A stretch of 64,000 nucleotides of DNA, counting the filler, from Candidatus Babelota bacterium (GTDB lineage: Bacteria > JAGOBX01): NCBI GenBank assembly GCA_017999075.1. It is 7 parts of 7 records of this genome, joined end to end, with 100 filler letters (N's around TTAATTAATTAA, not from the genome) between each part and the next. Parts side by side here need not be neighbours in the genome. Positions count along the whole stretch, not along the records: positions 48,812 to 58,323 come from JAGOBX010000103.1; positions 58,424 to 64,000 come from JAGOBX010000271.1; 5 more parts are not named here. The stretch is one strand, 5' to 3'. Positions within the stretch are counted from its first letter, which is position 1. Each line of letters opens with the position of its first letter. Shown here one piece after another: positions 52,215-62,308 of the stretch. Both the position numbers and the translations under genes were made by a program. The notes beneath the pieces are model-generated. The model saw nothing but the letters and a program-made list of their open reading frames with translations. It was not told where the DNA came from and did not search any database.

Positions 52215-53972
52215 CTACATTTCAAGAATTTTCAAAACATCTTCTTCCATTTTTTTTGTTTCAGCAGATAATTCTTCTTTAACTTTCAATGTCGATTTTT
52301 TTTCTTCAGATCCGAATTCTCCAAGAAACGACTCTTCATCACTTTTCAAAAGTTCGTCCAGTTCGTCCAGTTCTTCATTTATATCTTTATCATCTTCGCC
52401 TTCATTAAGCAACTCTGTTAAAATATCAGTAGTTATCGGTTCTTTACTTGATTTTCGTTTAGGCTGCAAAGGTTTTTCTTCAATTCTTACAGGTTTTTCT
52501 TCATCAACAAGTTCATCTATATCAGACTTATTCCCCTGAACAGCTTCTTGCGTTTTTTCAGAACCTATTTCAGTCCCTGTTTCAAAGTCTTTACCTAATT
52601 CTGCATTAGTTTCTTTAAGTAAATCGTCTAACCCTTTTAAATCCTCTTCAATTTCAGAATCAAGTCCAAGTTCTTTTTTCAATTCATTTAAATCCGAAAG
52701 TCCTTCTATCTGTTTATCAATATCAGAAAATTCATCCTGACTTAACACGGTTTTAGTTTCAGAAGAAACCGGCATATTTTCTACTTCTGATATTTCTTTT
52801 TCAATATCACTGATTATATCATCTCCTGTTTTATCTGATGAAATCAATGTGCTTTTATATTCTTTCACAAAATCTTCATCGTTTCCTATATTATTTTCAG
52901 GAGATATTTCTTTATCTGATTTTAGTTGTTCTTCCTCACCTGTTTTCAAATCTCCGAGAAGTTTTTCCACATCATCAATAACAGAATCAGCGCCAAAATC
53001 CTTATTTTCAATATCTTTATCAATTCCCAATCCTTCAATATTTGTTTCCGCCAGCAATTTATCTATATCTTCCATATCTTCTGATGGCAAAGAAGATTCC
53101 GCATTTTTTTCAAAATCAGTTTCCGGCATACTTCTGGAAATTTTTTCTAGTTCTGCAGCAGATTCATCTATAAGCGATTCTTTGGGTGCAAGCGGTTCTT
53201 GGCGTTCATCTGCCAAAGCTTCTTGCATTCCATCATATTTTTTTTCTTCAGGGGTTTCAATTTCATCTTCAAACTTTCCCATCAATTTATCTATTTCATC
53301 AGTTAATTCCGAATCAACTCCTGATTCTTCTTCTAAAGAAGTCTTTGATTTACTGTCATCAAAATCCTGCTGTGTTTCTATTTCTAATCCGGAATCAATT
53401 TCTTCATCGTCAGTTTTTTCTGAAATTATTACACCGTCTTCAGATTCATTTGAAAGTGGTTCGCTATACTTTTCATCAGTTGACTCAGTCTCAGTCGTTT
53501 CGCTTAAAAAATCTTTTTCATGTTCTTCTTCTCCAGAACCTAAAGATATGTTATCTCCTGAAATCGAGTCTTCGCTCTCAGTTGTAAAATCAATATCGCT
53601 GCCCGAAGATGCAAACTCTGTTGAATCTGAACCTTTTTCATCTACAAATGGAGAAGATTCTTCTTCAAAAGATTCTCCTGAAATTACGTTTGTATCATCA
53701 CCGTCAGTCTTATCTTCGGTAAATTCAAATGATTGTCCCTCTTCTTCTCCGGACTCAAAACCAGTATCCTTCAAACTTTCAGACAATTCTTCATTATCGA
53801 TTTCCTCATCATCCATTTTTTCAAACAAAAAAAGAATTAATCCGAAACAAAAAAGAACAGCCGCTGCTATAACCGCAATAATGTTTTTTACAAACAAAAT
53901 TCCTATTGCCGCGACAATAAAAATTATTCCTATATTTATTTCAATAATTTTTTTCCTTGATTTTTCTTTCAT
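52215..53972 (-). CDS. Membrane-anchored, highly acidic low-complexity protein
   Basis: Two N-terminal TM segments; D/E-rich tail with IDKL/LDDLL helices. Confidence 0.75.
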   Translation of the reverse strand: MKEKSRKKIIEINIGIIFIVAAIGILFVKNIIAVIAAAVLFCFGLILFLFEKMDDEEIDNEELSESLKDTGFESGEEEGQSFEFTEDKTDGDDTNVISGESFEEESSPFVDEKGSDSTEFASSGSDIDFTTESEDSISGDNISLGSGEEEHEKDFLSETTETESTDEKYSEPLSNESEDGVIISEKTDDEEIDSGLEIETQQDFDDSKSKTSLEEESGVDSELTDEIDKLMGKFEDEIETPEEKKYDGMQEALADERQEPLAPKESLIDESAAELEKISRSMPETDFEKNAESSLPSEDMEDIDKLLAETNIEGLGIDKDIENKDFGADSVIDDVEKLLGDLKTGEEEQLKSDKEISPENNIGNDEDFVKEYKSTLISSDKTGDDIISDIEKEISEVENMPVSSETKTVLSQDEFSDIDKQIEGLSDLNELKKELGLDSEIEEDLKGLDDLLKETNAELGKDFETGTEIGSEKTQEAVQGNKSDIDELVDEEKPVRIEEKPLQPKRKSSKEPITTDILTELLNEGEDDKDINEELDELDELLKSDEESFLGEFGSEEKKSTLKVKEELSAETKKMEEDVLKILEM

Positions 53973-54078
53973 AGAATAACCCTTAAAATTTATAAGAATC
54001 TTGTATTTATTTTATATTTTAAAAAATAAAATGTCAATATAAGTTTATTTGAAAAAATAAAATAATACAGCTCACATA

Positions 54079-55332
54079 TTATTTATTTTCCAAAACATCA
54101 TGTTTCTGGGTTTTTGCAATAACCGCTGTAAAACACAATACTGCAAACCTGCCTATAACAGAACATTTCAATATCCACAGCTTTTCCGGAAAATAATTAA
54201 AATACACCGGATTTTCCAAAAAATTAAAAATGCTGAGCATAAGTATTATTATTATTCCTTTATAATCAGGCAAACATAAAATTATCAAAGGAATAACAGT
54301 CAAAATGTACTGAGAACTCCAGCCTTTTGAAAAAGCAAAAAAAACCGATATTATAAATAACGCTGTTTTGACTACTTTTATTTTATTTATTTCCGAAGGT
54401 TTCCTCAATGCAGTAAATAAAATTATCAAACCTGCAGTTAAGGTAAAATAAATTGAATATTTGTCTTCAAAACCGATAATTAAAATCTTATAACTTTCAG
54501 AATCAAAATAATATTGAGGAAGAAGCGCTTTCCCTACAGAATAATAACCGTTCATAAGGGCTGGAATTGATTCCCATGGATGTCTCTTGATCAAAAAAGC
54601 AAAAAAACTTATTATAAATTTATAGTTGGCGTATAAAAATGGAGACAATATAATAAAAAAAATCAGTAGCGGTATCGCCACAGATAAAATTTTGGTTTTA
54701 ATTTTCGGGCTGTACATGAAAAACACCGGTATAAGCAAAACTGGAAATATTTTTGACGATATTCCTATTCCTGCAATAATAAAACTGAAAGCATACTTTT
54801 CTTTTATGAATAAATATAACGAAGCCATCATAAAAAAAATATGTATATAATCAAAACTAAAATTCAATACAAAGATAGGATAAAACAAAATTCCGTAAAT
54901 CAGTATAATTGTGAACGGCTTTATTCCATTATAAATTTCTCTGCCTGCCAAATACAGAACAGCAACAGTTCCTGCTTCAATTATCGACATAACAGTAAAT
55001 AATAATATTGAAAAAATCTGAAAATTATTAAAAACAGCAGTAGAAAAATTTAAACTTATTTTATATATCCATAACATAATATACAAATTAAATGGAGGGT
55101 ATTCGCGCCAGAAATGAATAAACGGCAATGCTCCCATATCCGATAGTTTTACGATAGAATAATAAACCGAATAATCGGTATAGTTTCCTGTTAATCCGCC
55201 GGGTTTAAACCACAGCAAACTCATCATTCTTGAAATAAAAATCAAAACAATGATAATTAATGCGGCTATACCTGGTTTACATCCTAATATTTTTATTTCT
55301 TCTTTGAGTTTTATATCGTTATTATTCAGCAT
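54079..55332 (-). CDS. Polytopic GT-C glycosyltransferase (GT87/DUF2029-like)
   Basis: EYPP, KIFP, WSSQY; many TM segments. Confidence 0.7.
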   Translation of the reverse strand: MLNNNDIKLKEEIKILGCKPGIAALIIIVLIFISRMMSLLWFKPGGLTGNYTDYSVYYSIVKLSDMGALPFIHFWREYPPFNLYIMLWIYKISLNFSTAVFNNFQIFSILLFTVMSIIEAGTVAVLYLAGREIYNGIKPFTIILIYGILFYPIFVLNFSFDYIHIFFMMASLYLFIKEKYAFSFIIAGIGISSKIFPVLLIPVFFMYSPKIKTKILSVAIPLLIFFIILSPFLYANYKFIISFFAFLIKRHPWESIPALMNGYYSVGKALLPQYYFDSESYKILIIGFEDKYSIYFTLTAGLIILFTALRKPSEINKIKVVKTALFIISVFFAFSKGWSSQYILTVIPLIILCLPDYKGIIIILMLSIFNFLENPVYFNYFPEKLWILKCSVIGRFAVLCFTAVIAKTQKHDVLENK

Positions 55333-55439
55333 ATTTATATTTTCAACCCTAAAATTTCACATATATTGTTTCCAAAGGTATTACAGCTGTTTTCTTGAAT
55401 TTATATTTAAAATACCTGAAAGCCGCAAAAAATAAAATT

Positions 55440-57332
55440 TTATATTTCAGGTGAAACACTGTATATCACGTTACCCGAAAACTTTTTCACAGGAAAAATC
55501 TTATTTTCGGATTCTAATTGTTTTATTAAATCTGTAATATTGTATGAAAACCGTTTCGCATATTTTTCAGAAAAAAATATATATGATATACGATTTTCTT
55601 TCATTTTCAAAATAAAATCTTCATGATTTTTAACATTATTTATATTAACCGGACTTAACGTTAAACTCGGAGAATATCCTAGTAAAAACTCTCGGTTAAA
55701 ATAAAAAGTCTGCTGATGAACAATAAAAAATTTTTTGGAAGAATCTATATTTTCATTAGTCCATTTTACAGCCTGATAAAATTCACCGTCAGCATAAAAT
55801 CTTTTTTCAAGATACTTATCTTCAGGTTCAATCCCTGTTATCACTTTATATCTGCTTATATGCTGGCCTGCAAGAAGCGGATAATTAATTAAAATTACAA
55901 CAAAAAACAACAAAATATTGGCAATAGAAAATATTTTCCAGCAACTGCCCATTAAAAATAACCTGTAAAAAAAATATGTTCCTGCAACGCACAAAACAGG
56001 GTATGCCGGCAAAATATATCTTGATCTCGGCGCATTAAAATAAATAAGAATAATGAATAATACAGCATAAACAAAAATATAAACCAGTTTCCGCAATTCT
56101 GTTCTGTCAATAAAAAACGCCATTGCAAATATTGAGCAGTAAAAAATATAGAAAAGAGGCGATAACGAATATTTCCAGAAATCATAAGTTTGAAATTTTA
56201 TAGAAACCTGGTATGGAAATTTGATAAAATTTATCAACGGATTACTTTTCATTTTAGTTTCTTTGAAATGCCTCACCATATTATTAGTATTAGTTTCAAT
56301 TTCTCTTATTTGCGGAATATTATTAAACTGCGTCTGTTTTATCCCGAATATATTATTCAAAAATGGATAAACAGGATTTCCTATATATATATAATTTCTA
56401 AGATAAAACGGACAGCTCAAAATTATAAAAATAAACAGAAACGCTAATATGTTTTTCAAATATGAATAATGTCTTGTCATAATAAAATGAATAAAAATTA
56501 TAATAATCATTATCGCCGAATTTATAATGCCGTGATATTTAATGTTGTTCGAGACTGCGCAAAACATCAAAGTAAAAAACAGCCAACAGCATTTTTTTTC
56601 AGTAAAATATTTATAAAAAGAATATATTGAAAGTATTGAATAAAAAATCAGAAAAAACTCGTTTTTAGTGTAACCTGCAAGCCTGTTTATTGCAGGAGCA
56701 GAACAAAAAAATAATACTGCAATTAAACAAAAAACCTCTGATTTAATAAAAACTTTTGAAAATCTGTATATCACAAGTAAAGTTAAAAAATAAAAATACC
56801 AGTGAAATAACTGGGAAAATACTGGATTTTCAAAATATAATCCATACATAAAAAACATTTCCGCAAATTGAGGGAAAAATGAATAAAACAAATAATCTAC
56901 AGGTATTATCTGTTGTTCCGCCAGGTATATTTTGGGAAGAGGCAGATGATATGTAAGCCCGTCAAGACTTGCAACAGGAGCCAATGCTCCGGGTAAATGC
57001 AGCAGTAAATTTAAAATTATCAAACCTGTAAGTATTTTTAATACAATAATATTTTGTCTGCGGATTATGAATTGAATCAGCGAAGCTAAATTGTTTATGT
57101 TTAAGACAGTAAATAAAATTTGAAATGAAAACAATCCTATAAAAAATTGTTTTACCAGTAACCCTGAAAAGCCAAAGACTATTGTTATATAATAAATAAT
57201 GGTAAATCCTATTGCCGAATGAAAAATATAATCGTCTATCAGCGATTCAAAAATAAATCTTTTAAATAAAATTTTTGAAATGGAAAAAAAAGAAATAGAA
57301 ATAAATATTAAAAAAAATAATGAATATATCAT
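55440..57332 (-). CDS. Polytopic GT-C-like membrane protein (GT39/ArnT-like)
   Basis: DGLTYHL, RNYIYIGNPVYPF, RYILP. Confidence 0.7.
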   Translation of the reverse strand: MIYSLFFLIFISISFFSISKILFKRFIFESLIDDYIFHSAIGFTIIYYITIVFGFSGLLVKQFFIGLFSFQILFTVLNINNLASLIQFIIRRQNIIVLKILTGLIILNLLLHLPGALAPVASLDGLTYHLPLPKIYLAEQQIIPVDYLFYSFFPQFAEMFFMYGLYFENPVFSQLFHWYFYFLTLLVIYRFSKVFIKSEVFCLIAVLFFCSAPAINRLAGYTKNEFFLIFYSILSIYSFYKYFTEKKCCWLFFTLMFCAVSNNIKYHGIINSAIMIIIIFIHFIMTRHYSYLKNILAFLFIFIILSCPFYLRNYIYIGNPVYPFLNNIFGIKQTQFNNIPQIREIETNTNNMVRHFKETKMKSNPLINFIKFPYQVSIKFQTYDFWKYSLSPLFYIFYCSIFAMAFFIDRTELRKLVYIFVYAVLFIILIYFNAPRSRYILPAYPVLCVAGTYFFYRLFLMGSCWKIFSIANILLFFVVILINYPLLAGQHISRYKVITGIEPEDKYLEKRFYADGEFYQAVKWTNENIDSSKKFFIVHQQTFYFNREFLLGYSPSLTLSPVNINNVKNHEDFILKMKENRISYIFFSEKYAKRFSYNITDLIKQLESENKIFPVKKFSGNVIYSVSPEI

Positions 57333-57484
57333 TTGACAGTCAATCCGATTTTTGATAAAACCAGGTTAATGCTTGTTTTATTTTCATAAATAAAAGATTG
57401 AAAAAAAGTCGAATAAAATATTATTGAACTTGAAATTATTATTATTTCAAATATTATCAAAACTATTATCCTAAACTTTTTCAT
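57329..57484 (-). CDS. Small 51-aa membrane protein (absent from the ORF track)
   Basis: AGGA RBS; MKKFRIIVLIIFEIIIISSSIIFY..; TGA overlaps the next ATG. Confidence 0.5.
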   Translation of the reverse strand: MKKFRIIVLIIFEIIIISSSIIFYSTFFQSFIYENKTSINLVLSKIGLTVK

Positions 57485-57673
57485 AAAATCATCCTGTTAA
57501 ACCCAAAACTGCTCCTACTTTTTATGTGATTGAAAAATTGTCCACAACTAATGCTTTCGGTACTTTTACCAATTTTTCAATGTTCTAATAAAGTTTTCGA
57601 AATTAAACGATTACTGAAACCGTATACAAATCCGGGGTTCAGCAATCGTTTAATTTTTTTTAAACTTATTATA

Positions 57674-58323
57674 TTACATTTTCCAATCAGGAACTATCTG
57701 CGTGCCTGTTTTCCCTCTGACTGCGTCAAACGCCTGGTCAAGAGAAGTGATTATTGACCTGTCTCCGCCGAATTCTATAAATCTTAACGCTGCTTTAACT
57801 TTAGGTCCCATGCTTCCTGATTTAAAATGACCTTCATCATATAATTTCTGCATTTCTGAAAAGCTCACTTTCTCAACGGCTTTCTGATCCGGTTTACCGA
57901 AATTTATCAAAGCATGAGGAACATCTGTAAGTATCAATAAAATATCGGCACCTACAACTTCTGCAAGTTTCTCGCCTGCGAGATCTTTATCAATAACAGC
58001 AGCTGTACCTCTCAAATGACCATCTTTATTATATACTACAGGTACTCCGCCGCCGCCTGAAGCAATTACTACTATTCCGGAATCAAGCATTCTCCTGATA
58101 GCTATATATTCCATATTTTTAATAGGATCTGGTGAAGCTACCACGCGTCTGAATCTGCGTTCAACATTTGCGGGTTTAACTTCCTTTATAATCCAGTCAG
58201 GACGTTCTTTCAATAATTTTTCTGTTTCTTCTTTTGTGTAAAATGACCCTACAGGTTTGGTTGGATCTTTGTAATCAGGGTCATCAGCGCTTACAAGAAC
58301 CTGATTTACTATCGCTGCTTCAG
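57674..58323 (-). CDS. arcC: Carbamate kinase, 5' truncated
   Basis: PTKPVG, RRVVASPDP, ASGGGGVPV, AVIDKD, GSMGPKV. Confidence 0.93.
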
Positions 58324-58423
58324 NNNNNNNNNNNNNNNNNNNNNNNNNNNNNNNNNNNNNNNNNNNNTTAATTAATTAANNNNNNNNNNNNNNNNNNNNN
58401 NNNNNNNNNNNNNNNNNNNNNNN
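58324..58423. other. Artificial contig linker
   Basis: N-run, TTAATTAATTAA, N-run. Confidence 0.98.
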
Positions 58424-58675
58424 GACTATATCAAGAGCAGAGCAATATTTAGAACCGTCATTCAATGCAAATTTAAGAATATCCAAAGTTTGCCCCGGTC
58501 CTATTTCTAATATAGATTTGTTTTTTACATCAAAAAATTGTTTATAATATTCATATAATCTTAAAGCTTTTTGGCGATCTGAATTTATTCCTGTCCTGTG
58601 AAATTTACGCGTTATTCCGCATAAAATTTTATTTCCCATTAAATAATTTTGGAGAATTTCTTTAATTATAATCAT
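58424..58675 (-). CDS. Class I SAM methyltransferase, 3' truncated
   Basis: ILEIGPG, ALDI. Confidence 0.65.
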
Positions 58676-58697
58676 TATTTTTTTTAAAACCTATTTG

Positions 58698-61600
58698 TTA
58701 AAAAAACGATTTTTTCATATCAATTATTTGTTTTATAATATCATTTACACTGGAAAATTCTTTGATAAACTGATATTTTTTTTCTTCGCTCACTTTTTTA
58801 TTATTTTTTATAATAGACTGAATTTCATTTGAAATTTCAGATAACTTTAATGCGCCTATATTTGCAGCAGCAGATATAATCTTATGAGATATGAACAGCA
58901 TTTCTTCAACATATTCCTTTTCAAACATATTTTTTATTTCATCTATTTTTATTCCATATGATTCATAATAAATTTCAATTAATTCCAAATATAATTCTAA
59001 ATTATCATTAAGCTTTTTTAAAGCATTATCTACTTTAATTACACCGCCGCCAATTTCAATAAAAGTTGATTTGGTATCAGTTTTTAAATCGGTTAATTTT
59101 GTTTCATTAGTTGAAAAATTACCGTCTAAAATATCATTGATTTTGGCATAAAATTTTTTAGGATCTACAGGTTTTAAAATATAACCTGAAATATCAAGAT
59201 TTTTTGTATCTTTGTTCAATTTATCTATTGTTGTAGCCGTAAAAATAAGAATATTAGTTTTTTCTAATTTATTATCTCTTTCTTTTTTTCGTATTTCTTT
59301 GATTGCTGATATGCCATCCATTTCCGGCATATGCAAATCCATTAATATCAAATCAAACTTATTTCTGGTAAATTCTTCCACTGCTTCAATTCCATTATTT
59401 GCCAATACTAAAATAAAATTATTATATGGGTTAAAAAGTTTTTTAATAATGAACTGATTTGTTTTATCGTCTTCAGCAATAAGTATTTTATATTTTTTAT
59501 CTTTTTTCAAAATTATTTGTTCTTCAGTTTCATCAGAAGAAATAAAAATTATTTCTTCTGATGAAGGGATTTTAAATTCAACATTAAAATTGAAAATACT
59601 TCCATGCGGCTTATTATCTTCTATCCACATTTTTCCGCCCATTAATCCGACAATTTCCCTGCTTATGAAAAGCCCGAGACCTGAACCGCCGTATTTTCTT
59701 GTTATTGAAGTGTCACCCTGAGAAAATTTTTCAAAAATTAGTGTTTTATATTTATTATCAATTCCTATTCCTGTATCAGCAATAGAAAAAAGTAAATTGC
59801 AGGTATTTTCGGTTTTATTTAACAATACAATATTTATTTTAATATACCCTTTTTCAGTAAATTTTGAAGCATTTGAAATTAAATTCAATAAAATTTGGTT
59901 TAATCTAAACATATCTCCGGTTAGAATTTCAGGAATGTTATCATCAATTTTATAACTGAAATCAATATTTTTTTCTTTTAATTTTATTTCAGTCAACTGG
60001 TATATATTAAATATTAAATTTTTAATTTTAAAAGGTTTATTTTCTAATTTTACTGAAAGTTTTTCAAGTTTCGAAATGTCAAGAATTTGTTCAATAAGAA
60101 ATAATAGATTTTCACTTGCGTTTTTTAAGACTTCGATAAATTCTTGTTGCGCCGGCGTGATACCTGTTTTTTCAAGAAAATTTGACATACTTACTATTGC
60201 ATTCATTGGTGTTCGGATTTCATGACTTATATTGGCAAAAAATTCACTTTTTGCTTTATTTGCCTGTTCAGCAGCATCGCGCGCAGTTTTTAAATCAGAT
60301 AAAACTCTATAACGTAATATTGCGCTTCCTAAAATACCTGCTGCAATCTGTAAAGCCTCGATTTCAAGATTGCTCCAATTTCTTTCATTTTTATAATTAT
60401 CAAAACCAATAAACCCCCATAAATTATTTTGTAAAATAATCGGAACTGCAAGAATGGATTTAATATTCTGCGATTCTAAAATAGACCGTTCATTTTCAGA
60501 AAAATTTTTGATCAATCCTGATACGTGTTTTCCTTTTTTCATAAGGTTATACCAGCTGCCGGGGAATAATTTTTCAAAAGGTAAATTCTGAAGTTCAGGA
60601 TTCTCAATCTTAATAGAGATTTCACTGTCAGTCCATTCAAACCTCTGACTGATAAGTAATTTTCCATCGTCAGCATATTTTTTTTCAAAAATATAAACTC
60701 TGTCAGCAGAAACAGTTTGACCTAATTTCCTCAAAACATTCCCCACACTGTCCAGGCTTTTTTCAACTGATAATAAATCTTTTGAAGCATCTGCAACAGA
60801 ACGCAACACTTCATCATATTTACGTAATTCATCGCTTGCCAATTTTTGTTCTGTTATATCGGCAACACTGCCGACCATACGAATCGGATTTCCTTTGTCA
60901 TCTCGAAATATTACTTTACCGCGGTCTTCCACCCAAATAATTTTATTGTTATCTTTTCGAATCAGTCTATGTATACTATGATATTCTCCTGTTTTTACAC
61001 CTTCCTGAATACGTTCGAAAACGTATTTTCTATCATCAGGATGAATTCTTTCAGAAAAAATATCAAGGGTGTGCTGCAAATAAGAATTATCCATTCCTAA
61101 AATTTCACACCAGCGTTCATTATGACTAACAGCTTTACTGTTAATTTCCCAGTCCCAAACACCTTCACCAGTCGCTGCCAATGCATAAGCAAGACGTTCT
61201 TCACTTATTTTCAGCTGTTCTTCTGATTTCTTAGTTTTTGTTATATCCCTTGATATACCGAGTAATCCGAAAGTTTCACCAGTTTTATAATTTAGAGGAG
61301 CTTTTAATGTGTCGAGCAATATTTTTTTACCGTCAGGATAGGTAACATATTCTTCATTATGGCAAGGTTCATTTATTCGCATCATTTTTTTATCATTTTC
61401 TCTGAAAAAATCGGCGGCTTCTTTTTGAAAAAGATCATAATCTGTTTTGCCGATAATTTCATCTTTGGGTTTCCCGACCAGCCTTGCAAATTCAGGATTA
61501 CATCCGAGATATATGCCTTCTTTGTTTTTAAAAAAAATAATATCAGGAATAGAATCAAGCAGTCCGGAAATTAAAGCATAAGCATTTTTTAATTCTTCTT

Positions 61601-62258
61601 CAGCATTTTTGCGTTCGCTGATGTCGCGTGCAAACCCTGCTGTTCCGAGAATTTTTCCGACGCTGTCGAGTACTGGAGTTTTAAAGGTTTCAAACCATTT
61701 TATAATGCCTTGGTCATCAATTTGCTCTTCAACATGTTTTTTTGTTTTTTTTGTCATAACTTCACGGTCATCAGATATATATAATTCAGCTAATTCTTTT
61801 GACCATATATCTAAATCAGTTTTTCCAATAATTTCATTGATTGAATGACCGCATGATTTTGCAAACATTTCGTTTACTGCTAAAAATCTGCCTTCGCTGT
61901 CTTTTAACCAGGCGAGAAAAGGCAGATTATTTATCAATGCCCATTGAACAGTATCCTGTTCTCTGTTTATAAAAATGGTTTTTTTTAACAATTTATAAGT
62001 TAATATAAACAAAAATATAGAGGAAAAAACAATGAAAATTATTATGAAACCGGCAATATTTTTCATGAAAATATTGTTGGTATGATAAAATAAGATATCA
62101 TAAATTATTAGAGTTAAAATCAAGCCGTTAAACAGAATGAGAACCGGACCAATAAAAAATATATTTTTTTTTTGGTTTGTTAAATTCCATTCAATTTGTT
62201 TCTTTTTTTTAAAAAACTGCATTTTTTCTGATATTATAATAAATTGATTTTTTATCAA
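58698..62258 (-). CDS. Hybrid sensor histidine kinase (TM-PAS-PAS-PAS-GAF-HisKA-HATPase-REC-Hpt)
   Basis: ANISHEIRTPM, GGSGLGL, LMDLHMP, SHKIISAA. Confidence 0.93.
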   Translation of the reverse strand: MIKNQFIIISEKMQFFKKKKQIEWNLTNQKKNIFFIGPVLILFNGLILTLIIYDILFYHTNNIFMKNIAGFIIIFIVFSSIFLFILTYKLLKKTIFINREQDTVQWALINNLPFLAWLKDSEGRFLAVNEMFAKSCGHSINEIIGKTDLDIWSKELAELYISDDREVMTKKTKKHVEEQIDDQGIIKWFETFKTPVLDSVGKILGTAGFARDISERKNAEEELKNAYALISGLLDSIPDIIFFKNKEGIYLGCNPEFARLVGKPKDEIIGKTDYDLFQKEAADFFRENDKKMMRINEPCHNEEYVTYPDGKKILLDTLKAPLNYKTGETFGLLGISRDITKTKKSEEQLKISEERLAYALAATGEGVWDWEINSKAVSHNERWCEILGMDNSYLQHTLDIFSERIHPDDRKYVFERIQEGVKTGEYHSIHRLIRKDNNKIIWVEDRGKVIFRDDKGNPIRMVGSVADITEQKLASDELRKYDEVLRSVADASKDLLSVEKSLDSVGNVLRKLGQTVSADRVYIFEKKYADDGKLLISQRFEWTDSEISIKIENPELQNLPFEKLFPGSWYNLMKKGKHVSGLIKNFSENERSILESQNIKSILAVPIILQNNLWGFIGFDNYKNERNWSNLEIEALQIAAGILGSAILRYRVLSDLKTARDAAEQANKAKSEFFANISHEIRTPMNAIVSMSNFLEKTGITPAQQEFIEVLKNASENLLFLIEQILDISKLEKLSVKLENKPFKIKNLIFNIYQLTEIKLKEKNIDFSYKIDDNIPEILTGDMFRLNQILLNLISNASKFTEKGYIKINIVLLNKTENTCNLLFSIADTGIGIDNKYKTLIFEKFSQGDTSITRKYGGSGLGLFISREIVGLMGGKMWIEDNKPHGSIFNFNVEFKIPSSEEIIFISSDETEEQIILKKDKKYKILIAEDDKTNQFIIKKLFNPYNNFILVLANNGIEAVEEFTRNKFDLILMDLHMPEMDGISAIKEIRKKERDNKLEKTNILIFTATTIDKLNKDTKNLDISGYILKPVDPKKFYAKINDILDGNFSTNETKLTDLKTDTKSTFIEIGGGVIKVDNALKKLNDNLELYLELIEIYYESYGIKIDEIKNMFEKEYVEEMLFISHKIISAAANIGALKLSEISNEIQSIIKNNKKVSEEKKYQFIKEFSSVNDIIKQIIDMKKSFF

Positions 62259-62308
62259 GTTTTTTTTAACCTTGATTACTCACGGAATGTGATATAAAAT
62301 CATTTAAT

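Noticed and set aside
52849-53979. 376-aa Ser-rich + strand ORF
   Set aside because: Antisense shadow of the D/E-rich gene.
9840-58423. Regularly spaced TTAATTAATTAA palindromes in N runs
   Set aside because: Artificial linkers; the enclosed contigs decrease in size (9672, 9647, 9608, 9545, 9512 bp), so they are size-sorted and cross-linker synteny is meaningless.
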